DNA of 64,000 nucleotides from Mycobacteriaceae bacterium (GTDB lineage Bacteria; Actinomycetota; Actinomycetes; Mycobacteriales; Mycobacteriaceae): NCBI GenBank assembly GCA_037141465.1, contig JBAXCK010000001.1, positions 5,439 to 69,438 of the forward strand, read 5' to 3'. Shown piece by piece: positions 1 to 12,178 of this stretch (position 1 is its first letter; each line of letters starts with the position of its first letter). The notes under the pieces were generated by a model. It saw only the letters and a program-made list of their open reading frames with translations, ran no database searches and was not told where the DNA came from. The position numbers and the translations under genes were made by a program.

Positions 1-600
1 GAGTTGGCGCGCCGCCTGGATCTCGGTCTGGAGAATCTGCGGCTGGAAACGCTCGCGCGGCATTGGGATATCGCGCAGACCCGCGCACACGACGCTTTCG
101 ATGACGCGCTGGTGCTCTCCCGGATGCTCGCCCCGGCCCTCGACCGTGCCCGCGAGCGTGACGTGTGGCTGCCGGTGCGTCCGGTCAGCCGTCGGCTCTG
201 GCCCAACGGCAAGGTGACCCACGAGGAACTCAAGCCGTTGAAGATGCTGGCGTCGCGGATGCCGTGCCCCTACCTCAACCCCGGTCGTTACGTGCGCGGC
301 GGCCCGCTGGTCCAGGGCATGCGGGTGGCACTGTCCGCCGAGGTCAATCGCACCCATGAGGAACTCGTCGAGCGGATCCTGCACGCGGGCCTGGCCTACA
401 CCGACGGCGTCGACCCGGAGACCTCCCTGGTGATCTGCAACGAGCCCGCCGCCGAGCACGGCAAGGGATATCAAGCCCGCGAACTCGGCGTGCCGACGGT
501 GTCCGACGAGCAGTTCATACACCGCGTCCGGGTGGTCGCCGACGGAACCGGCCTCGAGGAGTTCGTCGCCGCCGACGGCGGCCAGTTCGCCCTGTTCTGA
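1..600 (+). CDS. DEDDh-family exonuclease (DnaQ-like, Rv3711c type) with C-terminal BRCT-like region; 5' end outside window
   Basis: Open frame from base 1; ExoIII motif AHDAFDDA; C-terminal GLAYTDGVDPETSLVICN...KGYQARELGVP; position next to leuA as in mycobacteria. Confidence 0.8.
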   Translation, partial: ELARRLDLGLENLRLETLARHWDIAQTRAHDAFDDALVLSRMLAPALDRARERDVWLPVRPVSRRLWPNGKVTHEELKPLKMLASRMPCPYLNPGRYVRGGPLVQGMRVALSAEVNRTHEELVERILHAGLAYTDGVDPETSLVICNEPAAEHGKGYQARELGVPTVSDEQFIHRVRVVADGTGLEEFVAADGGQFALF

Positions 601-611
601 TTCGCGGCGGT

Positions 612-2596
<1,985 letters not shown>

Positions 2597-2639
2597 CTCC
2601 CGTCGCCCTACCAGGCACAATCGCGCACCTGGGCCCGCC

Positions 2640-3239
2640 TCACGGGTTCAGGCCCTCCCAGGGATGCTCCCAGGTGCGACTGAATGCGAGCTCGTCCAGC
2701 GGCCGGCGCTGGCGGGGCTGCCGGTCACGTTCGGCGATCTGCTCATCGACCGTCGCGTAGTCGGCCAGGTTCCCCACGGCGATCACCATCAGCGGCCGCG
2801 CGGACGCCGGTATGGCGAACGCCGTGCGGGCGCCCTCGATGTCGAAGCCTGCCATCGGGTGACTCACGAGGCCCCGCGCGACGGCTTCGACGGCGATGTT
2901 CGCCGCCGCCGCGCCGGCATCCACACCGCTGTAGAGCGCCGTCTTGTCGTCCTCGCCCTCGTCGGCGCACACCAGGATCAGCGCGCCCGCGGCCTTGGCG
3001 TAGCCGTTGCCCCGGTTGAGCACCCCGGCGATCGCCGCGAACGTCTCGTCGCCACGCATCCCGACGATGAAGCGCACCGGCTCGCGCCGCCCCCAGGTGG
3101 CGGCCCAGCGCCCGGCCTCCAGCAGTCCGATCACCTGCTCGGTGGCCAGTTCGGCCTCGGGATCGAAGGCCCGTGGACTCCACCGCAGCGCGATCGGGGG
3201 GTGGATCGGCACCCGGGTCTGGGCGGGTCGTTCGAGCAT
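2640..3239 (-). CDS. Nitroreductase family protein
   Basis: [49 protein letters not shown]; TAACCT -10 box 6 nt before the ATG. Confidence 0.88.
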   Translation of the reverse strand: MLERPAQTRVPIHPPIALRWSPRAFDPEAELATEQVIGLLEAGRWAATWGRREPVRFIVGMRGDETFAAIAGVLNRGNGYAKAAGALILVCADEGEDDKTALYSGVDAGAAAANIAVEAVARGLVSHPMAGFDIEGARTAFAIPASARPLMVIAVGNLADYATVDEQIAERDRQPRQRRPLDELAFSRTWEHPWEGLNP

Positions 3240-3321
3240 CCAGCGAGGTTACCTGCGTAGCAGCGCGGAAAAGCGTCACCGGAGACCCTTTATCCTTAGT
3301 GCGACCGGAAAGGAACGAACA

Positions 3322-4587
3322 GTGGCGCTCGTCGTGCAGAAGTACGGCGGATCCTCGGTGGCCGATGCCGAACGGATTCGCCGTGTCGCCGAGCGCATCG
3401 TCGAGACCAAGAAACAGGGCAACGATGTGGTGGTCGTGGTCTCGGCGATGGGTGACACCACCGACGAACTGCTCGATCTGGCCCGTCAGGTGACACCGTC
3501 GCCGCCCCCGCGGGAATTGGACATGCTGCTGACCGCCGGGGAGCGCATCTCCAACGCTCTGGTCGCGATGGCGATCGAGTCCCTGGGGGCGCAGGCACGC
3601 TCGTTCACCGGTTCACAGGCCGGCGTGATCACCACCGGAACCCACGGAAACGCCAAGATCATCGACGTCACACCCGGACGTCTGCGCTCAGCCCTCGACG
3701 AGGATCAGATCGTCCTGGTGGCCGGCTTCCAGGGTGTGAGCCAGGACAGCAAGGACGTCACCACACTCGGCCGCGGCGGATCAGACACCACCGCGGTGGC
3801 ACTGGCGGCCGCCTTGAACGCCGACGTGTGCGAGATCTACACCGACGTCGACGGGATCTTCACCGCCGATCCGCGCATCGTGCCCAACGCCCGTCACCTC
3901 GACACCGTCACCTTCGAGGAGATGCTCGAGATGGCGGCCTGCGGCGCCAAAGTTCTGATGCTGCGCTGCGTGGAATACGCGCGCCGGTACCACGTTCCCA
4001 TCCACGTCCGCTCGTCGTACTCCGACAAACCGGGCACCATCGTCACCGGAACTATCGAGGACACGCCCATGGAAGACGCCATACTCACCGGAGTTGCCCA
4101 CGACCGAAGCGAGTCCAAGGTGACCGTCGTCGGCGTTCCCGACGTCCCCGGTTACGCCGCCAAGGTGTTCCGCGCGGTAGCCGACGCCGATGTCAACATC
4201 GACATGGTGCTGCAGAACATCTCGAAGGTCGAGGACGGCAAGACCGACATCACGTTCACCTGTGCACGTGACTCCGCGCCCACGGCGGTGCAGAAACTCA
4301 CCTCGCTGCAGGACGAGATCGGATTCACCAGCGTGCTGTTCGACGACCGCATCGGCAAGGTGTCCCTGGTGGGTGCGGGCATGCGCAGCCACCCCGGTGT
4401 GACGGCGACGTTCTGCGAGGCGCTGGCACGCGTGGGCATCAACATCGACTTGATCTCCACCTCTGAGATCCGCATCTCGGTGCTGATCAAGGATTCCGAA
4501 CTGGACAAGGCCGTCGCCGCACTGCATGAGGCGTTCAACCTCGGCGGCGAGGAGCAGGCCGTGGTCTACGCCGGGACGGGTCGCTGA
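3322..4587 (+). CDS. ask: Aspartokinase (alpha subunit; probable internal beta-subunit start at ATG 4069, codon 250)
   Basis: [20 protein letters not shown], two ACT domains; GAAAGGA SD before GTG 3322; GAGG precedes ATG 4069 (MEDAILTG). Confidence 0.97.
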   Translation: MALVVQKYGGSSVADAERIRRVAERIVETKKQGNDVVVVVSAMGDTTDELLDLARQVTPSPPPRELDMLLTAGERISNALVAMAIESLGAQARSFTGSQAGVITTGTHGNAKIIDVTPGRLRSALDEDQIVLVAGFQGVSQDSKDVTTLGRGGSDTTAVALAAALNADVCEIYTDVDGIFTADPRIVPNARHLDTVTFEEMLEMAACGAKVLMLRCVEYARRYHVPIHVRSSYSDKPGTIVTGTIEDTPMEDAILTGVAHDRSESKVTVVGVPDVPGYAAKVFRAVADADVNIDMVLQNISKVEDGKTDITFTCARDSAPTAVQKLTSLQDEIGFTSVLFDDRIGKVSLVGAGMRSHPGVTATFCEALARVGINIDLISTSEIRISVLIKDSELDKAVAALHEAFNLGGEEQAVVYAGTGR

Positions 4588-5628
<1,041 letters not shown>

Positions 5629-5638
5629 GAACGAGTGG

Positions 5639-8600
5639 CTACTCGGGTGTGCCCACCAAGACGCCCTCGACGGTTCCCTCGGTGGTGACCAGCAACCCCC
5701 GTCCGGGTGCGAGTTGGGCAGCATTGATCCGGCCGGAGACCTTCACCGTCTGTGGATCGTTGTCCATGAACAGAGTGGGTGCGCGCGATCCGGTCATCTT
5801 CTGGAGGAACGGGTTCATCGTCGACACCCCGGCCCAGTTGCCGGGTAACCGGGTGGCGATGACGTGCATTCCGATGTCGCGGCTTCGTTCCATCAGGTTC
5901 CACAACGGCGCAGTCGCCGGTGGTCGGCCGGCCGCGGATGCAGAACGGAGTTCCTGTTCATCGTCGATGAGGACGAAGTGGTGGGCGCCGGTCCACGATC
6001 GGCGATTGAGCAGTTCCTCTTGAGTGAGCCCTGACGGCGGAAGGCGGTCACTGAGGATCCCGGCCAACTCGGAGAGAACCCGATCGATGTCATCGGGGGT
6101 GTATGCGTAGGCACGAACTCCCGGCCCGTTGACGTGGCCGATGAGGCTCGTCTTGGGGTCGATGATCGTGATCTGCGCTTGATCATCAGAGAGCCGATGA
6201 GCGATCGCCTGGCCGATAGCGGCCAGGGTGCTGGTCTTCCCGCAACCCTGGCGGCCGACAATGAGCAGATTGGCAGAATGCCGTGCCGACCAGATGACCG
6301 GTTGCAGTGCTCCCTCGCCGATCGCGAAGGGGATGTCGAACGGATCAGTCAGCGCTGAACGGCTTTCGTGCGCGACCATGATTTCTCTCAGTGCGATCCG
6401 CTCCGGCAACCGGGCGAGCGACTCGATTCTTCCGCTTCCGGTCTGCGCAGTGATCAATCGGCCGATCTGCCGCGTCGCGATAGGTTCACCATCCGGCCCG
6501 ATGATCTCCGGTCTTCCGATCAGCAGTTCGTTGCCGTCGGTCGTCACACCGAAACCTGGGCGGTCCAGTGTCCGCCGTGCGGCACGTCGATGGTCAATCC
6601 CGTTACCCATCTGAGTTTCATCTGGATTACTCAGCCGAAGCTGGATCCGGGCATTAGCCACATTGAGCAATGCCTGCTTCTGGCCGACAAACCAGCCGCT
6701 GGCGCTTGTCGCGACGTGCACGCCGTACGACAGCCCTTGACGCGCGAGGGCGATCACCCGATCACCCGACGAGGGGTCCTTGTCATAGAGGTCGCCGAAG
6801 TTATCGACCACCAGGAAGACATCCCCGAACGGGTCCTCCGGATTCGTCGCACCCGGGTGACGCCCGAAACGCCGATTTCGGAACTCGGCGATATCGATTT
6901 GGTACTGCTGAAAAGACGTCTCGCGAGAGCGGATGAGTCCCTCGACGGTTGCGATCGACCGTGCGACCCCCTCAGTGTCCGTCAGGCTGACGACTCCTCC
7001 GACGTGCGGGATGTCCTCGATCGGATGCAGCGATGCTCCGATACAGAAGAACGTGACCCGCTCCGGTCGGTACATCAGAGCAGCGGTGGTGATCATCGTC
7101 ATCAGGGTCGTGGACTTGCCCCGTTGCGCAGTGGCAACAACCATGATGTTGTCCATCTCGGCGTTGAGTGCATACACACGCTGACTGTGCTGCTCGGGAA
7201 GGTCCTCGACGCCGACGGGGAAGACAAGCCCCGGGTTGCGGCCGTAGTCGTCCCACCACGGCTTGCCACGCCATAGCCGAACCAGATTGTCGGCGGTCTC
7301 GCCGACCTCTAACGGAGGAAGCCACAAAAGATGCGGTGGTCGGTCCGGGTGGGCAAGCAGCGACTCCCGGATCACATCAAGCAACTTCTTCTTCTTGAAG
7401 CCGTCGGAGTGGTACAGGTACTGCGCGGGCTGATCGGGTTGCTCGGCGTCAGCCAGTGCGCGGGTGTCCTCAACGCTGAGCGGTTGGTACTCCCACGTGA
7501 GCGGGTGTGGGCGGGTGAATCCGACTGCCACTGCCACGCTCCCTTCGGGTGCCTGACGGGGTACGACAAACGGTGCGGACAGGTAGAAGCAACGAAACTG
7601 TTCAAGATCCCTGGGGCCGGCTTTCAGCAGCGCGAAACCGTTCTCCGTCGATGGAAGGTGCAACGCGGCATCGCTTCCGATGACATCGCGCGAATCCTCG
7701 GCCGTCTCGGCGCGTAGCGCCACCCTGAAGGCGATGTTGCTTTTGACTTTGCTCAGCGAAGAGAGGTCCAGCCGCTGGCCACCAAGAGTGAAGAACACAT
7801 TGCACCCGCGGCCTTCCTGACCGATGTGGATGACGAGGTCGATCCACTCGGGATGGTGGTGGAACAATTCCAGGTACTCGTCGATTATCACCAGCAATAT
7901 CGGCACCGGTTCGAGGTCTCGGCCCGCAAGTCGCATCTCCTCGTATTCGTTGGCATCACGCGCTCCCGCATCCTTGAAAAGGCCATAACGCCGCGCCATT
8001 TCTCCGTCGATTGCCTTGCGCATTCGTTCGGCGAGATGACGCTCGTCCTGGCCGAGGTTCGACAGGGACCCCACCACATGGGGAAGTCCCATGAGGTCCT
8101 GGGCGGCGGACTCGAACTTCATATCGACGAAGACGATGTTGAACGCCAGTGGGGAATGCGTCAGCGCGATGCCGTTGCACAGCGCGAGGAAGTACTCGGA
8201 CTTTCCGGAACCCGAGGTGCCGATGACCACAGAGTGAAATCCGTAGCCGCCGAAGTCTTTGGCCCGAAGAATCACGTGTTGCACATCCCCGCCGGGTTTG
8301 ACTCCGACGGGGATCATCGCCCACCGTGTGTCGGCCCTGCTGCGGCTGTCGGCCCAGAGGCGCTCCACCTCGAGGTGTCGTGGATCCGCGATACCCAAAG
8401 CTTGCAGCAGTTCGCCGCCATGATTTCGTGGCGCCGAGGTCTCGACAGCCGTCGCCGGCGACCAGCGGGCGAGCGCCCGCGCGTACCGTTCGGCGGTGCT
8501 CTGCGCAAGGGAGTCGGCGACTGCGTAGAAATCGCCGCGGTGGTACAGGCGACCGTCGTCGAGTTCGAAACGCTGCTCATCTTCCCCGAAGCCGACGCCG

Positions 8601-9718
8601 GCACCACCCCGACGTGCGAGTCGAAGGACGGTGATGCCGGTCATCCCCTTCTGACCCGTGACACCTTCCCACTGCTCGACGGTGCCCGTGTTGTCGTCGA
8701 CGATGAGCCAGTGGGGGCCGAGTGCTGCCGAAGCGGAGGGGCGTGATTCCAGTGGTGAGAGGGTCGTCGTCGGACTCGAACCCAGCGGGGGTGTCCACGG
8801 CCCCCTGCCCTTGCAGTGCAGTTCGGCATCCAGGGCGTCTTCGAGTTCAGTGGGCGTGGTGAAGACGAGACGGCGTAAACCACACGCGTCGAACATCGTG
8901 CCGTGATGGTTGTGGGGAAGCCACAGCAGCCATGACCAGCGATCAGGATGGCGGGTCACCACCATCACTTTCATTTCTGCCGGACTGTGGTGCACTGCCA
9001 GCGAACAGAGAATCGAGCTCATCAGGGCGTGCAAGGCTTCAGTGTCATCACCGGTGAAGCTGAATCCGGGTTGTGAACGCAGACTCAGGATTTTCCCGAT
9101 GTTGCGTATCTTGCTCTGCTCGAGAATGAAATCCCGCAGCGCGTTACCGGTCACCGGCTCGAGTTCCTCACCGATCGGAATGTCCGGCCACTGCAGGGAC
9201 ACCGGCGAGTCTGCAGTCGCCTGAATACCTGTTCCGATCCGTACGTCGAGAAAATCCGGGTCGCTCGGACGGCGTTCCCACATCCTTGGCCTGCCGATGA
9301 CACGATCGAGTTCGGCGGGTTCGCCGTGCGTGTGGAGCTGGACGCGGCGGTACTCCTGCACGACGCGCTGGACCTCGTCGCGGTCCTCGTCGAGCTGTCT
9401 CAGGTAAGCCCTGCGCTGCCGTTCCTGTTCGCCCCAGCTGACCTTTCGGGTGCGGCCGAGCCGACCGCTGAACAGCATGGTTCCGAAACCGACGAGACCG
9501 ATCAGTGGGAAGAAGCCTGACTGCAGCGAGCGGATGCCGGAGGTGTACATCACCAGCAGCGTTCCAATGATGCCTACCAGTAGGGCGGGCCCGGCGATCA
9601 TCAGCAGGAGGTTCCGCGGCTCGCGTTCAGGCAGGGCGAGCGGAGCGGCGATGATCACGCGGCAGGGTGGAACGACCTTGGGTTGAGTGCGCTCTCCGCG
9701 GACGAATCCTTTCTTCAT
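5639..9718 (-). CDS. eccC: Type VII secretion FtsK/SpoIIIE ATPase EccC, single-chain (EccCa+EccCb), EccC2-like
   Basis: Two N-terminal TM segments, linker domain, three ATPase domains (GTSGSGKS, ATAQRGKS, GRQGCGKT); resembles recalled EccC2 segments (LPEREPRN, ILRAKDFGG, DMKFESAAQD). Confidence 0.92.
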   Translation of the reverse strand: MKKGFVRGERTQPKVVPPCRVIIAAPLALPEREPRNLLLMIAGPALLVGIIGTLLVMYTSGIRSLQSGFFPLIGLVGFGTMLFSGRLGRTRKVSWGEQERQRRAYLRQLDEDRDEVQRVVQEYRRVQLHTHGEPAELDRVIGRPRMWERRPSDPDFLDVRIGTGIQATADSPVSLQWPDIPIGEELEPVTGNALRDFILEQSKIRNIGKILSLRSQPGFSFTGDDTEALHALMSSILCSLAVHHSPAEMKVMVVTRHPDRWSWLLWLPHNHHGTMFDACGLRRLVFTTPTELEDALDAELHCKGRGPWTPPLGSSPTTTLSPLESRPSASAALGPHWLIVDDNTGTVEQWEGVTGQKGMTGITVLRLARRGGAGVGFGEDEQRFELDDGRLYHRGDFYAVADSLAQSTAERYARALARWSPATAVETSAPRNHGGELLQALGIADPRHLEVERLWADSRSRADTRWAMIPVGVKPGGDVQHVILRAKDFGGYGFHSVVIGTSGSGKSEYFLALCNGIALTHSPLAFNIVFVDMKFESAAQDLMGLPHVVGSLSNLGQDERHLAERMRKAIDGEMARRYGLFKDAGARDANEYEEMRLAGRDLEPVPILLVIIDEYLELFHHHPEWIDLVIHIGQEGRGCNVFFTLGGQRLDLSSLSKVKSNIAFRVALRAETAEDSRDVIGSDAALHLPSTENGFALLKAGPRDLEQFRCFYLSAPFVVPRQAPEGSVAVAVGFTRPHPLTWEYQPLSVEDTRALADAEQPDQPAQYLYHSDGFKKKKLLDVIRESLLAHPDRPPHLLWLPPLEVGETADNLVRLWRGKPWWDDYGRNPGLVFPVGVEDLPEQHSQRVYALNAEMDNIMVVATAQRGKSTTLMTMITTAALMYRPERVTFFCIGASLHPIEDIPHVGGVVSLTDTEGVARSIATVEGLIRSRETSFQQYQIDIAEFRNRRFGRHPGATNPEDPFGDVFLVVDNFGDLYDKDPSSGDRVIALARQGLSYGVHVATSASGWFVGQKQALLNVANARIQLRLSNPDETQMGNGIDHRRAARRTLDRPGFGVTTDGNELLIGRPEIIGPDGEPIATRQIGRLITAQTGSGRIESLARLPERIALREIMVAHESRSALTDPFDIPFAIGEGALQPVIWSARHSANLLIVGRQGCGKTSTLAAIGQAIAHRLSDDQAQITIIDPKTSLIGHVNGPGVRAYAYTPDDIDRVLSELAGILSDRLPPSGLTQEELLNRRSWTGAHHFVLIDDEQELRSASAAGRPPATAPLWNLMERSRDIGMHVIATRLPGNWAGVSTMNPFLQKMTGSRAPTLFMDNDPQTVKVSGRINAAQLAPGRGLLVTTEGTVEGVLVGTPE

Positions 9719-11196
9719 TGCTCACCCGCTGGCGGCGCCAGAGGTTTCCCGTCTGCGGGGGTGATCGCATCCCGCGAAACCAGTGCGTCGGCACGTGTGA
9801 TGGCAGGCCCAGCGGCGAAGAGTCGCAGAATCGGCCACGGCGCTTGTAATGCTCGCGCCGAGTCGATCCCGAGCGCGTGCAGTGTGGGTGCGTTGTGTTC
9901 GATGCCGTAGCGCACTCCCTGGCTGGAAACCCAGAAGAGCGTCTCGCGGGTATCGGAGCGCAGTGATCCGCTGGTCGATACCACGAACGTGGCAGCGTCC
10001 GGGAGCACGAGGGCCTGATGCGCTGCTGTTCCTGTCGGATTGATCCGACCGACGAGCGTGACGATGTGCGAGTCGAGGTCCTCCGGTATCGGAATACCTC
10101 TGCCGGTGAGGATTGTCAGCGTGGCCTGCGGATCTGTCAGGTGTTTGGTCCAACCCATACACGTCACGGGGTTGGTGGCCGTATCGATGAAGGTCAGCTT
10201 GGCGGTCGGGTAGTAGGAGACGTCGAGTTCATTGACATCCGGAATGCCGAGAAGAATGTCGGGGGAGACCAATTGCGGCTCGATGGCACCGTGGCTGTCA
10301 TTGGCCCTCAGGAGATCTGCGACGAATGACGTCACTTTTTGCACACCATCGGGCAGCAGGACGTAGAAGCCACTGACGGCACCAGTTGCGTCCTGGGTCT
10401 GTAGGACACGGCCGACCAGTGCCCCGGGAAGCCACTTCGACGGTGTTCCGGCTCCGCGGACCTGCGGTACCGTCAGTGGTTCGGTGGCGGGGATGGCATC
10501 GAAGAGCGCGGTTGATATTTCGATCGGTTCGACAGTCGCGTTGTTCAGGCCGAGATTGAACGCGATCGCGCGATCGCTGAGGTCGATTCGCGTGCGGCGT
10601 CCGTTCCAGATGAGAAGCGATTCATCACGGTGAGTCGCGATGATCGCCTCAGATCCGCGCATCGGCAGAGCGCGGCCGTCGACGTCCAACTCGCCGGCGA
10701 TGACGGTGCTGGTTGTCCGGCGGTCCGCCGAATGACGTCCCGCCGTGTCGCAGACACTCCAGGCCGAAACCTGGTTCTTCACAGTCGGAAGGGAATCGGG
10801 AATGCCTGGAATACCGATCATCGGTCCGGTCGGGAGCTTGGCGATCTCCGATTCCCTCACCCACGCCGGTGCTGACGGGTTGCCAGTGGCCAGCCGGGCG
10901 GAGGTGAGATTCAGAGCAGGGTAGAGGCGGCCATCGATACGCGCATAGACCGCACCGGTGTCGCGGTTACCGATGATCGGTGCCTCGCCCGCCAAGCCTG
11001 CCGGCTTCATTACGCCGAGCAGCGCCATCCAACCGCAGCCCAGTAGCACGAAGACCACTGACAACACCAGAGCGGCTTGCTGCTTCCTGTCGTCGTGCTT
11101 CATCCGGACCGAGTAACGGGTGATAGCCGCGCGTAATCGGCGGTTGTAAAAGAGATAGCCGGTGTTCTGATCGCGGTTCGACAGATTCAGAGGCAT
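9715..11196 (-). CDS. eccB: Type VII secretion membrane protein EccB, EccB2-like
   Basis: N-terminus MPLNLSNRDQNTGYLFYNRRLRAA...MKHDDRKQ, single TM, YARIDGRLYPALNLTSARL, FWVSSQGVRYGI, APWPILR; ATGA overlap with eccC. Confidence 0.92.
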   Translation of the reverse strand: MPLNLSNRDQNTGYLFYNRRLRAAITRYSVRMKHDDRKQQAALVLSVVFVLLGCGWMALLGVMKPAGLAGEAPIIGNRDTGAVYARIDGRLYPALNLTSARLATGNPSAPAWVRESEIAKLPTGPMIGIPGIPDSLPTVKNQVSAWSVCDTAGRHSADRRTTSTVIAGELDVDGRALPMRGSEAIIATHRDESLLIWNGRRTRIDLSDRAIAFNLGLNNATVEPIEISTALFDAIPATEPLTVPQVRGAGTPSKWLPGALVGRVLQTQDATGAVSGFYVLLPDGVQKVTSFVADLLRANDSHGAIEPQLVSPDILLGIPDVNELDVSYYPTAKLTFIDTATNPVTCMGWTKHLTDPQATLTILTGRGIPIPEDLDSHIVTLVGRINPTGTAAHQALVLPDAATFVVSTSGSLRSDTRETLFWVSSQGVRYGIEHNAPTLHALGIDSARALQAPWPILRLFAAGPAITRADALVSRDAITPADGKPLAPPAGEQ

Positions 11197-11510
11197 GAAC
11201 CGCCGCCGTAGCGTTGCTGATAGTCCGCGTGCGCCTCCCGGCGCAACGCGCCGAAGGCGAGGTTCAACCGCTCGGTGAGTTCGTGGTGGGAGTAGTGCGA
11301 GGCGGTCGGATCAAGCTCCAGCCCGACGAGCTGACCGTCTGCGTCGGCAACCGCCTGGACGTCCCCGAGATCCACAGCGTATGCGGTGGACTCCGCCTCG
11401 GCGAGGCGATCCTCCCACCGTCGCGCGGCCTCGTCGAGGTCGCGGAGCAACAACTCGACGAGTTCCTTCTCGCTAAGTCCGGAGCCGTCCGCCTCGCCCG
11501 ACATCGCCAC
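11187..11510 (-). CDS. Small ESX-associated protein, DUF2710 (Rv0030-like) / YbaB-like fold
   Basis: LVELLLRDLDEAARRWE...YAVDLGDVQAVADADGQL matches the recalled family pattern; 10-nt overlap with the eccB start. Confidence 0.65.
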   Translation of the reverse strand: MAMSGEADGSGLSEKELVELLLRDLDEAARRWEDRLAEAESTAYAVDLGDVQAVADADGQLVGLELDPTASHYSHHELTERLNLAFGALRREAHADYQQRYGGGSCL

Positions 11511-11745
11511 AGTATTTCCATGCCCTTCAGCAGGTTCAATTCACCATCCAGCTTCGGTATCGGGACACCCGTGGGGAGCATTACAGCAACGTCCCAAGCG
11601 TCCCACGAGTCACACAAACGGCGCGTTTCTCCCCGGTTTAGCGTTGGTGTGCCGCTTCGTGCGCGCCGCGATGCGGCGCGATCCGGGCAGCTGGCCCCAG
11701 CAAACGGTTTCGATCAGCTCTCAGGCATGCTGGCATGATCGAGAG

Positions 11746-12171
11746 ATGAGTATCGAAGCCATCTACACCGCTGAGTCAACCGCAACCGGAGGTGGCCGCG
11801 ACGGTCATGTGAAGTCCTCTGACGGTCGCCTCGATCTGGACACCCGGCCGCCGAAGGAGATGGGCGGCAGCGGAGAGGGTGTCAACCCCGAACTGCTGTT
11901 CTCCGCCGGCTACGCCGCCTGTTTTCTCGGCGCGTTGAGGCTGGTCGCCAAGAACACCGGCGTACGACTCGACGACGCGACGGGCATCACCGTGCGGGTG
12001 GGGATCGGGAAGGACGCCACCAGTTACGGGTTGACCACTGAGGTCATCGGGTATCTCCCGGGCCTGGATAAGAGCCAAGCCGAGGACCTGATGGCACAGG
12101 CCAACCAGGTGTGCCCGTACTCCAAAGCCACGCGCGGCAACGTCGAGACGACGCTGGTGACCAAGGTCTGA
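11746..12171 (+). CDS. ohr: Organic hydroperoxide resistance protein (Ohr family)
   Basis: GGRDG, NPELLFSAGYAACF and VCPYSKATRGN (both catalytic Cys present); CATGAT 6 nt before ATG 11746. Confidence 0.93.
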   Translation: MSIEAIYTAESTATGGGRDGHVKSSDGRLDLDTRPPKEMGGSGEGVNPELLFSAGYAACFLGALRLVAKNTGVRLDDATGITVRVGIGKDATSYGLTTEVIGYLPGLDKSQAEDLMAQANQVCPYSKATRGNVETTLVTKV

Positions 12172-12178
12172 GCCACGT

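Noticed and set aside
11264-11617. Possible remnant of an upstream ESX-associated gene
   Set aside because: No recognisable similarity; it overlaps the DUF2710-like gene out of frame; the region looks like promoter DNA
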